From Azolla caroliniana (lineage: Eukaryota; Plantae; Polypodiophyta), in the NCBI GenBank assembly GCA_043228905.1, contig JBHGNT010000001.1, forward strand, positions 26,226,001 to 26,290,000: a stretch of DNA of 64,000 bases. The letters are read 5' to 3'. Shown here one piece after another: positions 46,601 to 59,734 of the stretch. A program made the position numbers and the translations under genes. Below the pieces are notes generated by a model, which saw nothing but the letters and a program-made list of their open reading frames with translations, had not been told where the DNA came from and did no database searches. Positions within the stretch are counted from its first letter, which is position 1; each line of letters starts with the position of its first letter.

Positions 46601-49600
46601 GCATTCACTTCGGATGGGGGCTTCATGAATCCCCCATCCCAACCAAAGGTATGGCTTAGCAGCTTAAGGCATTGGTTTGCTAAATCAACATACAATTTAC
46701 AAGAATGTGTGTACTTATATCATATTTTTGGTGTCATCTTCTTCATGTGCTCAATTGACTTAATCTTTGTGTGTACATGTTGTGGTATCAAATGGCATTT
46801 TGTACAAGTTATAGCCTATTAATGGTTGTCAAGATGCAAGCCATTGATTTTGCTTCATTAACAAAAATGTGCATGGCTACATACACAAACATGTATGTCA
46901 ATGAATTGTTCGGATTACGATACATTCATATTACATTCAATTTACAGATATTAAATCTATATTGGAAACCCTTGATAGCATGCAAGGACAGAATCAACTA
47001 CCATTCCATATGTGAATGTCGTCACAACAATATGTGCATTAGCTTTACGTACCACAATACTACATTGACTAATTACTGTGAGTCTAATTTTAATGCATCT
47101 CATCATGAGATTACGTAAAGTATATCAGAGCCAAATTCCCATGCTCTTATAAAAGATCCTCGCTGCATCATTACCATTAGAAATAACAACCTCATCTACA
47201 CTCGTATCTTCTCTAAGAAGGATGTAGACAAGCAAGGGGCAGGCAACATATACTTGGTTATTAATGGACATTTGTGTTTCTATCAGAAACCTACATTCAG
47301 TTTATTGTGAGCACAAATAAGATATACAGAACTTGCATTACGCTTCCTAATAGAAAAAGACAATTCAACTTGTTGAACTCTTCATGTAATAGCATTAAGA
47401 ATGCATTACGGGACTAACATAAAACCAGTACTTGAATTCTTATTACCCTGATTGAATGTCTTTTGTCACAAAAATATATTACTTTAGAACCTGCTTTCAA
47501 CAGAAGGTTTTTCTCCTTAAATACCTTTTCTACAAACAAAATGTTGGGGTGTCACTATGAAGCTCACCTTTTATCAAATAGATGAAGGGTGTGTTAATTA
47601 ATGAAACTTTTGGTGATTCTAAAACCAAGCAACTAAAACTTAACCCCATAAAAATTTAGAAAGTTACTTAGGTATGTGCAAAATTATATATGATTGCTGT
47701 TAAGTCTAGATAATATACTGTGGTATGAAGTGCAACATACATTTATGACAATTGATCCATTTCATTATAAAAGTCAAGACTATTTGAAAGTTTTCTACAT
47801 TGTATTTCAAACAGATGGAGATACGATAATACAAAAACAAGAGTGGGTGAAAACAATTTCTGCGCTGATGAGAATAGGTTGTTTTCCGATCATAGAACAG
47901 TATAACTCATTATTACATTTTATGAACACTGACTAACTATTTCATAGCTCATTATTAAATATGAAGCCATGGTTTATTACCAGGATCAACAGTTGCGCAT
48001 CATAATTACCCAGATTTCCCAGAGCTTTGATCCGAGTTTGAATTGTTTTGTTTTTGTCTCTGCAGACCAAAAACAGTCTTTAGTCAATGTAATGGGTACC
48101 ACTAGAATACAGTGCATATCCATAGTAACATCTCTATATGTGTAGAACTAGTTGTAGTGTGACACTCTATTTACCATACAGCTTTTCCATTCAAAATAAG
48201 GAATGTTAAGAAACTACTACTTGATAATATTGAAATAAGAGAAGACACAGAAAAAGAAAAATTATGAAAAAATAACATTCATATTCTACAAAACCCCAAA
48301 TTTACACCTTTGCTTTTCAAAGGTTTCAAAGGCACCAGTAAGTTTTAAAATTCCCAAAGATTCCTCACTCCATCTACAATTTCTTGCGAGAGAAGATTCC
48401 CAAAGATTCCTTACTCATATCTCTTAACAAATCCTCTCTTCAGTCTCTCTCCATCTACAATTTCTTGCGAGAGAAGTTGTAGACACATAGGAGGATCTCA
48501 TAACTAAGTCACGTAAACCAATCATCGCATCACTTGGCTACAATACATATTGGATATGACTCACACTGGAGCAGGAGGGGAGGAGACAGAAAATGTTGAG
48601 CAGAAAAATAAAGAGAGTGAGAGATGGATAGATTTTATTATCATCCTTGGATGTCAAATATGACCTATGGTACCAAATGTGAAACATTTTAAATAGTAGG
48701 TGTGGGATTAAGTAGCGATTCTCGGTGATCAAGAATTGTACTAATAAAAATTGCAATCAAGAGTAAACATTGTGATTGTGAGAGGAATGTGTGTAGGAGT
48801 GAATCATATTGATAATATGTGGAAAGCAAACTTGAATGTAGCACATTGTATCAATGTGTGATACTATTCACTCCAAAACTTGTTCAAAGAAAACTATATG
48901 CATAGTTGACAAGTCTTCTCACATGTGCCCCAACACCTCTCCGTGAGCTAAGTCACATGGGAAGAATCGGGCAGATATTGGACAACTAGATGGGCTCTAG
49001 CATGTATCAGTGAGTGAGATTTTCCCGTTCAAAGAAGAAGACGGTTTTGAAGTTTGGTGCAACATATGCCATATAATGTGTGAAACACACGGATTAACAT
49101 CTTTCCTAAGACATGATACATTGGGATTGTCCCACAAGATACTAAAAATCCTAATTAAGCAGTGCATGATTTGATTGAAAGAAAGTATAGACAATATGTT
49201 CCATTTAGCACACTATCTATCCACAATGCCTATGTGTCACAATGCAAAATTATGAAATTGGCAATTTGGTTGCTAATTCTAGAGCATGAATATATATTTT
49301 GGGGATTGTGTTTTATTTAGGAAATGAATACCACCAAATTTGGAAAGAAGAAAATTTATATTTTAAAAGATAGTTGGGTACATTTGTTTTGCATATTTTC
49401 TGCTGTCTTCACTAGCACTCCACTCTCAAAAGTCTAATCTTAGTTTCTCTTCCACACATGGGCATGAATTTAAAGTTTCCTTTTGGATACCAATTGAAAT
49501 TCTGTGTTTCGCTTCTGTCAGGGTTTCTGATTATATTGCTCAAACTAACATCCGAAGATAAATATTACCTATATACAAATTTAAAGAAGCTTGTAAAGTT

Positions 49601-51915
49601 AAAAATCTATAAGTCTGAAGAAGTTAGTATCGAGATATGAAAGTTTTGAGTTCAAGGGAGACAATATTTTACGAGAAATCGATAGGACAGAAAGAAAGAT
49701 ATCTTAACATATTTTAAGAGGCCAAAATGGCCTCCTCTTCGAGAGCAAGAATGCAAAATAAACATAACCAAATATAGGACATGAAAAAATCTACTTAGCA
49801 AGCCCTTAACAGTCTGAACATGCATACACTGAAACTTTCGCATTCAAAACATCTCCAAAGCACCAAATGATAATGGCAATGGCCTTTCTCTGTCGATGAC
49901 AAGGGTGATTGGGATCATGGTGCTGATGGTTGTGGCCTACTACACAACACATAGTTTTTCTCCAATTTATTGTAACCCCTTTCGAGCGCTTTGGTTGAGA
50001 TCTCACTAGTGTAGCCCTTGATTGACAAGATGAGTTGATGTAGTTGTGGTGATATCCTTCAACTCGTCTCTACGTTTCTTTAGTTCTAGCAAGAACAATC
50101 CCAGGTCTTTGTACTCATTATGTTGCGCGGTGGCCCAAAGCCTTGTTTGAAGAGGCAGTGGTATCTCCCTCTTTATTTCATCTAATTTTATAAAGTGCAG
50201 AATCAAAAACACAGTGTTCTTCTGTTTCTACCTCTCAATGGCACAATTGGCTGGCACATCCATCCATTAATTTGTGTGCATAATTACCTATCTCCATCTC
50301 TAACTACTGTGAAATGGTCTAACATTGTCCTGTCACACTGCATAGCACATGAGATGGATGTGTATCCATGTAAGGCTTGATAAAATCCATTCCAATTTTA
50401 AAATATCAATTCATATACTCTATCCTATTCCACTTTCATCATAATCAGGTGTGGTGGCAATCCGAGCTATATAGGAATTGGGGTAGTGCCATGTGACAGG
50501 AACCATTCTTATATTTCAGCTTACCAACAATAAATATATCCATGCTCAGCAAGTTGTTTTCATGACAAAAGTGACCATCTTGAGTAGCTTTTCCTAGGGA
50601 GCTCCCAAAGATGTTGGATATTGGTCATTGATCAGAATAATGCCTCATCACCATTGTGGCTGCTCATGTCTCTATCCAGATTATATCATAGACACCTATG
50701 CTTTGCTCCTTATCATGCAAGCAATCATCGAGAGTAAAGATCTCTCTAAATCTCATCAAATTATCAAATATGTTGGAACCTCCCTTGGGTCCAACTTTAA
50801 GGCATTAGGTGAAAAGTAGCAACTTGCATTTGTAAATATATATAACATTCATCTGCATCCTTATGTGTAACACACTCTCTCATCAAGCTCCTTTTTACAA
50901 CACGTCCATTCCACCAAATCCTCTAGTGCTTCTTGGTATATGTAGTTTGGGATGGCATACTGACTCCTATATCCCTATACTCTGTGGAGTTTTATACCAT
51001 TGCAATTGTGACTCTTAGTATACATAGCAATATATGTGCTCTTGAGGATAACTTCAAAATACTCAGCATATGTCCTTAGAGATCCATTCCATATAGCCAT
51101 GTGTAAAGTCTCACAAGCCATATGCAATCAAGCGGCTCTCTTCTCTATAATAATGCCCATATCTTCCCTGTAGACAACTCCTTTTCCTTTCCATTCTTGC
51201 AAGAAGCACTTGTGACACGTTCTCTTAAGACAGTATGGAATATTTGGCTAAGTATGGTAACCCTTTCCAAAGAGAGAAATCATATGGGTAAACATAACCA
51301 TATGATCAACATTTCCGAAAAATGGAGCATATAGAGCCAAAAAGTGTATTTTTCCAGCACTCGGTCCCATATTAAAAGAAATTAAAAACAATAAAAAATG
51401 AAGTAGTTAATTATTGGGAAGTATTATGATTTCTTAATACTATGCTAATAAGAAAATACGTAGATCTATCTATCTACACATCAAAAGAATCCTACCAATA
51501 TGCATCTATCAATCTATCTACATATTTGCATCCAAGGATTCCTACTTATATGCGTCTATCAATCTGTCTATATGTATGCATCAAAAGAATGTTATCTATA
51601 TGCACCTACCAAAACTATCTATTTACATGTATCAGTTGGAAATCTCTCTCTTTCTCATAGTGATCTCACCGTCATGGTAAGCTATTCTGTTATTAACAGA
51701 ATGGCATGGGTTCAAATCCTTATCCTTTCACGCATCTTTGTTATATTATATATTATTTCTCCTAAATTACATCCCCGGGGGGATTAAATTAATGAACTCG
51801 GTGGTTTCGAAACAGTTTGACACAAACCATCTGAACCATACCTGATTGGAAAGAATCACTTTCTCATAAGAACAGAGTGTCTATGGGAGATGGAAGAGAA
51901 ATGAGATATACATAC

Positions 51916-52014
51916 CGCATCCATGAGGTAAGAGACAGCCATGACGGTGACAAAGACACCGGCGAGTATGGAGGTAGGACCGGTGAGGAGGTTCCACTTG
52001 CTGGCGATCACCAT
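51916..52014 (-). CDS. Possible first coding exon of a small single-pass membrane protein
   Basis: MVIASKWNLLTGPTSILAGVFVTVMAVSYLMDA then GTATGT donor; upstream pyrimidine-rich CAG acceptor near 52095; GC-richer island. Confidence 0.5.
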
Positions 52015-52334
52015 ATCCTCTTCTACTACGTCTACGTCTACGCCTTCGTTGTCTGCAAAACTTGAAGAAGTCGCGGTGGTCTTCGTTCTTTGTCTGCAGA
52101 AGTACAGAGAGGGGAACAGAAACCGGGAGAGAAGATTTGAAGGGTATGTATATATAGTCAGTGATAGATACATACATACATACATAGATATGTAAGTGAA
52201 ATGCGCAGGCGAGAATACCCCTCCCCTCACTTTTCGGAAATTCCCAGAATACCCCTCTATTTTTCTTTCTCTCTGTAATATACATATAGCAGCATTCATT
52301 ATCCATCATCTATAAAAACCCACTTAAAACTTGA

Positions 52335-52777
52335 TAACAATCGGCAACGGTTTGAACCGAACCGAACAGCGAAACCGCGGTTCAACGGTTCGGTTCAGGT
52401 TTAGGTTTTTTACACCGGTTCAATTCGTTTTTAACAGCCAGAAACTGCGGTTTAAACGGTTTAAACGGCTTACCAGTTTTTTTTTTTTAATTTAAAAAAA
52501 TGTTTTTAAACAATCTTTTCATTTTTAGACCTTATTCTCACATTTTAGGAACATCTTTAAAAATTTTAAAATTTTAAATAATGAAATATTATAAATTTTA
52601 AAATTTTAACTATGTTGAAAACCGAAGCCGAACCACGAAACCACAAATTTTACGGTTTAAAGGTTTGAAAATTGTTTAACGGTTTCATGGTTCGGTTCGG
52701 TTCGGTTTGGTTCAGGTTTTTAAAAATTTAAACAGTTTGGACCCTCTCAAACCAAACCGAACCATTGTTGATTGTTA
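52335..52777. mobile_element. MITE-like element rich in AACCG/CGGTT repeats
   Basis: Imperfect terminal inverted repeats TAACAATCGGCAACGGTT and AACCATTGTTGATTGTTA; AT-rich core. Confidence 0.65.
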
Positions 52778-52779
52778 CT

Positions 52780-54330
52780 TAAAAGGTGATCAAATACTTC
52801 TTGTTATTGAATGCCCAAATTTGTGATATAACCACCCCGATGGCTTTAGCAACCGGACATGTAATGAACCTATGTTTGGCCTCTTCATTAACCACCGTAC
52901 AAAAAATAAAACATGTCCCGTTTGAAATATGTCTCCGTTTTAAAGCCATTGCCAAAGGCAACCAACCCACCGACCATCGTAGGCCAAAGAAGCACCTTTG
53001 CACGAAAATGGAAGATGAGACTGTCATCCTACATCTAAAACTCGATCACCACCACTTTACATTTCGGAGTAATGTACCATGTATCTAGAACCTTTATTTG
53101 TTAACCAAGTTCTATCTTCAATCAACTTATGGTATACATTGTTAATGTGCACCACGAATATCGATTTTCCAAATACCAAATGACCAAATTTTCCATGGTT
53201 CCTCAACCACCAACTTTGGATTTGAGAAAAACTAAACTAGGCATGATTGCTAAACATACCCGTATCGTATCCACGTGGTATATGAAACTCATTTCTGATT
53301 GTCGAAAGGCCATCATTTTCCTATGTGACTCTAAGATAGCATATTCCACAGTTATCAAGCCCAACCTTGCCATTCGATTGAACTGTGAATTTAAACTTCT
53401 CTTTTCCATCCTAATGTAATATCCTTGAAGTTGTCAACACCTCTGTTGCCAAATAATTGCAACCTTTTTTGCATTCAGGGGTCGACCAACATTAAACAAT
53501 TCCAAACATCGCTGCCAAGGAAGCACTATTTGTTAAACCATAATGACCGAGTACTATTAACAACATTCCACCATGAGGTTGACATCCTTGTTTTCCCATG
53601 GTATATACCAACCTTTTCCACAAAATAACCAAATATTTACACACAAGGTTGGGTACTTATGCACATAGCTTTTAAAATATTGCATCTTTGAGCCACCATA
53701 TGATCTTCTAAATTTAATAATGCAACTCCCCCTAACTGCTTTGGGGTACATATATTGTTCCATGATACTCAACTCATACCAATTATTGACTCTTGTCTTC
53801 CACAATGTATATTTAAGTGAACAAGCTAATTGATCGAGTTATTTATTTGTCTAGGTAATAATGACAAAAAGAAAAGAAATCATTACAATCATGATATATT
53901 ACACCACTTTGAGATGAGTACTAAACGACTAAGCTTGAGATTTCCAATACATAAACTTATCTAAAATGGTCATTGATATCCAATTCAAACTTTGAGACGG
54001 TGAGATATCAACACCAATAGGGTAACCTAAGTGTTGGCACACATTCCCTTGATTCAATATTTGGCCACACCATCTAAGATCAACCAAATCACTCTCAGCG
54101 CATCTAACAACCATTGACTTCCATACATTAATATGTGATACCAATGCCAATGCAAACACATTGCGCACCTTTGTGGATTTAGTTATATTATCAAGTATCT
54201 CTCTGAGAAATAAAAACGAATCATCTGCCAATCCTGAAGCTATCAATTTGTTTCCCGGATGGTAGAGATAGTATTGCTAATCATAGTTCATCACGCTTTC
54301 GAGCATATAAACAATGTCGGAGCGATTTTC
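52780..54330 (-). pseudogene. Decayed L1/Tx1-like LINE RT and zinc-binding fragments
   Basis: LADDSFLFL, HLGYPIG, SKVGG, C..C...EEAKHRFITC. Confidence 0.65.
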
Positions 54331-54572
54331 GTAAAGATCTACATTGCTCACCTTCATCTTTCTCTTTCGACTTTATGTCCATCTTCTATTTTGGGTGGTT
54401 GTGAGAACATAGGCGATATATTCATCGTGGATGGGGGGGGGGGCACGGTTGGAGAAACACAAAGAGGATTATGTATGGAATTAGTAAAGATGTGAGGGAA
54501 TGGGTTTCGAACCCAAGACATAGTATTTAGCTAGTAATATCAACTTAACATTAGGGTAAGCTAATTAGAGTT

Positions 54573-54711
54573 TAGGGGAAGAGAGAGAGAGATAGATACC
54601 AAAAAAAGAAAAAAGAAAAAAAGAAAAAAAAGAAAAAGAGAGAGAGATAGATAGAGAGAGAAGCAGGGGAAGAGAGGGAGAGAGATAGATAGAGAGAGAA
54701 GCAGGGCAAGA

Positions 54712-54742
<31 letters not shown>
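54573..54742. repeat. GA-rich compound repeat merging into the (GAAA)n LINE tail
   Basis: AGAGAGAAGCAGGGGAAGAGAG units, same as 59735-60180. Confidence 0.85.
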
Positions 54743-54928
54743 ATGTATTAACGTCTTCTAAGGCCAAATTTGGCCCATGAGACAATTGGTTTACAACAAT
54801 AGAGTATTTATCCAGTCATCATAACTAAAAATAAAATTAAGTAAAAAAAAATAGAACTTAAGCTAAAAGAGTTCTAGTAGTGTACAATATGTAGTATACT
54901 TGAAAGTGACTATACACTAAGCCTAATT

Positions 54929-57900
54929 TTATTTCCACCCAAGCTTCTCGAAAAGAAGTGGGGGGTCAAAGGGTCTTGATGTGGGTTCCAATGTAGAGAG
55001 TGCCCTAGCCATGGCTTCTAGGCGGTGTAGCTCACGTTCCCTTATTTTCAATATTGCGTCCACATCACGTTGAGTTGTTTTGAAACCCGGCACCCGAGGA
55101 CGTCTGGTTCTTCTCTGGTTTTCTGCCTCATCAATGGAAAGGCCGAGTGGTGCAAGTGTGTCGGCATTCGTTGTCTCCTCAGGTTCCTGAAAAACTGCAT
55201 TTGTTACATGTTCGTGATCATTAGCAACATTATTGTCAACATTTTGTAATTTATTCTCTCTATGTTGTTTTAGCTCTAGAATGTATTTGCCTAATTTCTT
55301 TATATCTAGAGTATCTAATAGTTTGGGGAGGGTGGGAGACGGACCAAGTATGTCTTGGTATTTTGCCCTTATCTCGGCATAGGTTGGACACTTGCAAGTA
55401 AAGTGGTACTCATCCTCTATCTCTATGTGACATAACCTACATATCCTTTCCTCCCTAGGGACTCCACTAGTACAGCCATTTTCAATCTCAAGTTGGTGAG
55501 ACGATATTCTAAGTTGTCCAATGGCAACCCTTAGTGCATGCGGTAAGAATACATCTAGATATTTTGGTCGTGTGATAAAACCTAACTCAGAGAAGTGCAT
55601 GAAGTGTTTCTTATAGTACGACATTTTAGATGGGAGTGGCTCTAGTGGGGTGATCCATTTACACCGAGTGTAAATTTGCCATATTTCTTGGCGTATTACT
55701 TTATTGCGGTTCTCATGAGAGATTAAGGTGTTATCACTCGTGTGGTTGTACCTAAGGGGAGGTAGGTTATTAATGTCTAGACCATTCGCAAGAAGCCAAG
55801 TCACCATCATGCCATACCATGAGCTAGTATAGCCGGACTCATACAATGATCGAGAGGCCTTAAAGGCTTGATGAGATATTCTATCATGTGGTTGGCTATG
55901 TATCCTATCAATAAAGACTACAAGTTGAAAAAGTGCCTCTACTAGCATTAGGGGTAACGTGAACTCGGCCCTAATAATGTCATGTGGTACAGTCGATTTG
56001 CTTCGGAGTTGGCGTGATAGCATCATCACCAATGGTCTCTCTAATTGCGTCCACATGAAGGATGGTAATCCTGGAGCCCAAACCGCAAATGCATACATGA
56101 GGGAGGGGGTCACTAATGAGTCAAAGAGCCACCCTTTAGTCCGTGGCTCTTGAAAGTGTGCTTGGTGGCATTGTCTCTCTAGGAGTGAGAGGGATGCATG
56201 TCCTCTCGTGAGTCTATCCTTCGCTGCCTGTGTCATCGAAAATTTACCTGAGCGGGCACTAAAAGTGACTCCGAGATATACGTACGATCCAACCACCTCG
56301 ATTGGGCTATGGGAGATAGTTAGGTGACACTTAGCTCTAACTTGGGCCGATGTGTGGAAGATAAGGACTTTCGTTTTCCCTAGATTCACTACCAATCCTC
56401 GTTGTACACAAAAGTCATCTAAGGCATTTAGGTGCCTCTGTAGGTCGTGTTCGGATTCAGAGAGCAAAACTATGTCATCCGCATAGAGCAAGATACGAAC
56501 CTGCGTATCCCCAAGGACCACTCTGGTGCCTCCCTCACGAGCAATAAAATCTGTGATCTCATCAATGTAGATCCCAAAAAGCGTCGGTGATAGGGGGCAA
56601 CCTTGTTTTACACCAATAGTGCTAGTGAAACGATTGGATAGGCCACCTGGGCATCGGACACACCCGGACACTTGTTCATATAGTGCGTAGATGGCCCATA
56701 CCATATCATCTGGTATCCTCAAGCTTTTAAGTCTATCAGACAACCGATCTCTAGGGACTGTGTCAAAGGCTTTGCGGAAGTCCACAAAACAACAATATAA
56801 TCTCTTCTTGCGAGCCCTAGTTTGGTCAATTAGGCATCTAAGTGTGAAGATGTGATCAATAGTGGAGAAGGCTCGTCTAAAGCCAGCTTGTTCAGGTGCA
56901 CGAAGGTTTAGGGTCTCCATGTAGTCGTTAAGCTCTGCTTCCATTACTGCACCATATAACTTAGCAAGGGTATGGCCTATCATAATGGTCCTATATGTAT
57001 TTGGGTCCATGGGGTCCCCCCCTTTATGTATGGGGGTCACTGTATTCATAGTCCACTGTGGTGGAAAACCCTCCGCAAGGGCACGATTGAAGATTAGAGT
57101 TAGCAAGGGAGTTAGGCACTCTCTCGCATATATAATGTGTTCTGCTCGCAATCCTGTGTGGTCCATGGACTTCCTATGTTGTAATTTCTTTATGACCTTC
57201 ATGACCCTAGAGGTCGTGAAAAGTGTCCCCGTGGTAGGCCGGGGTGTGGAAGGCATTGGAAAAGGTGGTTGGTTTGGGATTTGGTAAAGTCTCTCTGTAT
57301 ATGTGTGCCAAGTTTCGGGATCTTCGATGGGTGTTTGTGGTCTTGGCTCCCGTAGTCTCTTCCATGCCGTGGCGCAATCGCTACTCATGAGCATATGGTA
57401 GAGTTCCCAGTATTGGGATGCCTCCCACGCTCGTCTCTTACGACGTGTCATCTTACGCATTTCTTTGTGAGCTTGTGTGGAGGTAATACTACCATTGAGT
57501 TGCGATACTGTAAGTTGTCTATGTAGGTCCCTACAATCCTCGTCATACCATTTATTTTGTGGCATTGATCCTGATCTACCTTGATTTGAGAGTTTTGTAT
57601 ATGGGAAACTGCTAGCTGTTGCGGAGTGAAGGATGTGTGTGAGTTTTGTACTAAGGCTTTCTAACGGTAGAGAGGGATCAATGGAGGGGAGATGGGCCTG
57701 AACATGTTGAGAGTATATGTCAGAGAGCTCATGTGTGAAATGTATTGTGGTGTGATGGCATGGTTGACTAGACTTGGTGACCTTAGAGATATCACATTTT
57801 AGCTCGAAGTATAAGAAGCTATGGTCTGCGCCAATAGGGCATGGGCCCACTCGGAAGGAGTTAATCAAGTGGGTAGCTGTCGGGCGCCCTATTAGATAGT

Positions 57901-58660
57901 CAACTGTGCTTTCCCCTCCTCCATGTGGGAAACATGTGAGCTCTTCCGAGCCCGACCACTTAGCTAAACCATTATATATGACCATCTGGTGCTGACTGCC
58001 AAGTTCGAGCAGGTGATGGCCAAAGCTCGTGGCGTCCGCACCTTGATCCTTTGATCTACGTGTGGTGCCTATGTCTAAAGGATCAACATTTACCATTTCT
58101 AGGTTTCTATTCATCTGAAATACTGTGCATTGTCGGGATTGGGTTCTCGCATTGAAGTCTCCGACAAGAAATACTTCTCCTTGGGAAGAATATCGGATTA
58201 TGTCATCCGATAGGGGTTCGTATGGAGAAGGCCCATGTGGCATTCCTTCATCGACTAATCTCGTCAAGCCACTAATATTATAACGGGATCCTTTTGGGGG
58301 AAAGTAACAAATGGCGAAAAATACTGCATGGTCTTTGCTTGTGGAGACTTTCACCCACATAAAACGAGCTTCTGGGTCTATCTTCATTATTTCTATCCTA
58401 TTATGTAGCTCTCTACGAAATAGTATCGCGACACCTCCAGATCCCCTAGTAGTGTGTCGACGTGAGGTTTGTCTAAAAGCGGACTCCCAACGGAATCCTT
58501 CGACCCGTGGGAGTCCTCTATTTGGGCTCTGATGTGTTTCTACCAAGAAAAGTATATCAGATACCTTTAGTATCTCCTCTAGGCGGCCGGGGTGTGCCCA
58601 GAGTGCGCCATTACAATTCCATAGGGTCATCCTAAGTGCATTTTCTGTCACATGGGCCAC
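54929..58660 (-). CDS. LINE ORF2: AP endonuclease, reverse transcriptase, C-terminal zinc finger
   Basis: WNCNG, GDFNAR, VDY, ADH; FVDFRKAFD, GVKQGCPLSP, YADD, YLG; CRLC...EDEYHFTCKC; first ATG at 58630. Confidence 0.93.
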   Translation of the reverse strand: MAHVTENALRMTLWNCNGALWAHPGRLEEILKVSDILFLVETHQSPNRGLPRVEGFRWESAFRQTSRRHTTRGSGGVAILFRRELHNRIEIMKIDPEARFMWVKVSTSKDHAVFFAICYFPPKGSRYNISGLTRLVDEGMPHGPSPYEPLSDDIIRYSSQGEVFLVGDFNARTQSRQCTVFQMNRNLEMVNVDPLDIGTTRRSKDQGADATSFGHHLLELGSQHQMVIYNGLAKWSGSEELTCFPHGGGESTVDYLIGRPTATHLINSFRVGPCPIGADHSFLYFELKCDISKVTKSSQPCHHTTIHFTHELSDIYSQHVQAHLPSIDPSLPLESLSTKLTHILHSATASSFPYTKLSNQGRSGSMPQNKWYDEDCRDLHRQLTVSQLNGSITSTQAHKEMRKMTRRKRRAWEASQYWELYHMLMSSDCATAWKRLREPRPQTPIEDPETWHTYTERLYQIPNQPPFPMPSTPRPTTGTLFTTSRVMKVIKKLQHRKSMDHTGLRAEHIIYARECLTPLLTLIFNRALAEGFPPQWTMNTVTPIHKGGDPMDPNTYRTIMIGHTLAKLYGAVMEAELNDYMETLNLRAPEQAGFRRAFSTIDHIFTLRCLIDQTRARKKRLYCCFVDFRKAFDTVPRDRLSDRLKSLRIPDDMVWAIYALYEQVSGCVRCPGGLSNRFTSTIGVKQGCPLSPTLFGIYIDEITDFIAREGGTRVVLGDTQVRILLYADDIVLLSESEHDLQRHLNALDDFCVQRGLVVNLGKTKVLIFHTSAQVRAKCHLTISHSPIEVVGSYVYLGVTFSARSGKFSMTQAAKDRLTRGHASLSLLERQCHQAHFQEPRTKGWLFDSLVTPSLMYAFAVWAPGLPSFMWTQLERPLVMMLSRQLRSKSTVPHDIIRAEFTLPLMLVEALFQLVVFIDRIHSQPHDRISHQAFKASRSLYESGYTSSWYGMMVTWLLANGLDINNLPPLRYNHTSDNTLISHENRNKVIRQEIWQIYTRCKWITPLEPLPSKMSYYKKHFMHFSELGFITRPKYLDVFLPHALRVAIGQLRISSHQLEIENGCTSGVPREERICRLCHIEIEDEYHFTCKCPTYAEIRAKYQDILGPSPTLPKLLDTLDIKKLGKYILELKQHRENKLQNVDNNVANDHEHVTNAVFQEPEETTNADTLAPLGLSIDEAENQRRTRRPRVPGFKTTQRDVDAILKIRERELHRLEAMARALSTLEPTSRPFDPPLLFEKLGWK

Positions 58661-58666
58661 ACGCCG

Positions 58667-59479
58667 TCAGTTAGTAGTGCGATCATTTATGATCACTCGC
58701 CCGTCTCAGTAAAAGGCGCGATGGCCTTCTTTACGAGCTTGCATAACTCGTGGCATACAACTCTTGCGATGCTCAATTTGCATCTTAGTGAGGTCTTCAT
58801 CGAGATAGATGGGGTCCCCATCCATTCCTCGAAGGATTGGTCTCTTCTTAAAGAAAGTGATTCTAGAGTCTAAGTCTTTAAATTGAAGGACTAAGGCTCT
58901 CTTCCTAGTTGTGTCACGCCCGGCCCTCCATGCTTTGGTGATAGGTAGGGCCTTTGTGTACCCTAACATTTTCCCAAGTGTTTGTGCGTCCTCATTTGGG
59001 GATGCACCTTCCTTGAGCCCAGTGACACGTACATTTAAGCATCGGGCCTGACGCATTTTCTCTTCTTCAAGGGTGGTGTTAACAATATTTTCATCTTTTA
59101 TTTCTTTTTTAATGTTTCTTTTAACCACATCTACCCAACCCGTTTTAGCTAACTCTATGTTATTATTAACTTCCTCTTTAACTTTTTTAATTTCGTCCTT
59201 TATATCCTCTATAGAGGATATTTCACCGTCTTCTCGAGATACCTCGATGTCCTTAAGTTGTTTTTTAAGGTCGATGTTTTCTACTTTAAGTTGTTCTATT
59301 TCGGGCTTGAGGGCGTCTTTTTCCTCTCTATCTTTTTTCTTGTAGGTTTCGGTGTCTTTCACCCATTTTTTCATATCCATCTCTATTTTTGTTAAACGAT
59401 TAAACATATCTAAAAAGTCCTCCTTACTTATAGCCTCGTCTTGTATATCCTTAAGTTCCTTAGTCCGTCTAGACGTCAT
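58667..59479 (-). CDS. LINE ORF1 (coiled coil plus RRM-like region); TGA at 58706-58708 probably a mutated CGA
   Basis: NVRVTGLKE, LVLQF, IYLDEDLT; frame continues DGRVIINDRTTN after the stop. Confidence 0.8.
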
Positions 59480-59734
59480 TGTGGTGTCAATAAGAAAAAA
59501 AGAAGGTAAAATAAATGGGTTCGAGACTTAGCCGAGTTTGTGTGTGTGTCGCAATCACATCGGCATTTTGTAGCACGGGACGAGCACACCAAAAGAACCC
59601 ACCCACGAACTCGTCGAGAAAAAGGTACTTCACCACATCAAGAACGGAGAAGAAAACACCCCGTGACGGTGGCAGTCGTCAAACAACGGTAGCCGACGGC
59701 AGACGGCGGCAGCAGACGGCAGACGGCGGCATAG

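Noticed and set aside
44760-47250. Cys-rich transposase-like remnants
   Set aside because: Many stops and frameshifts, no diagnostic motif recognised.
51655-51730. tRNA-like A/B-box segment (similar one near 54500-54540)
   Set aside because: No acceptor stem; at most a SINE-like remnant.
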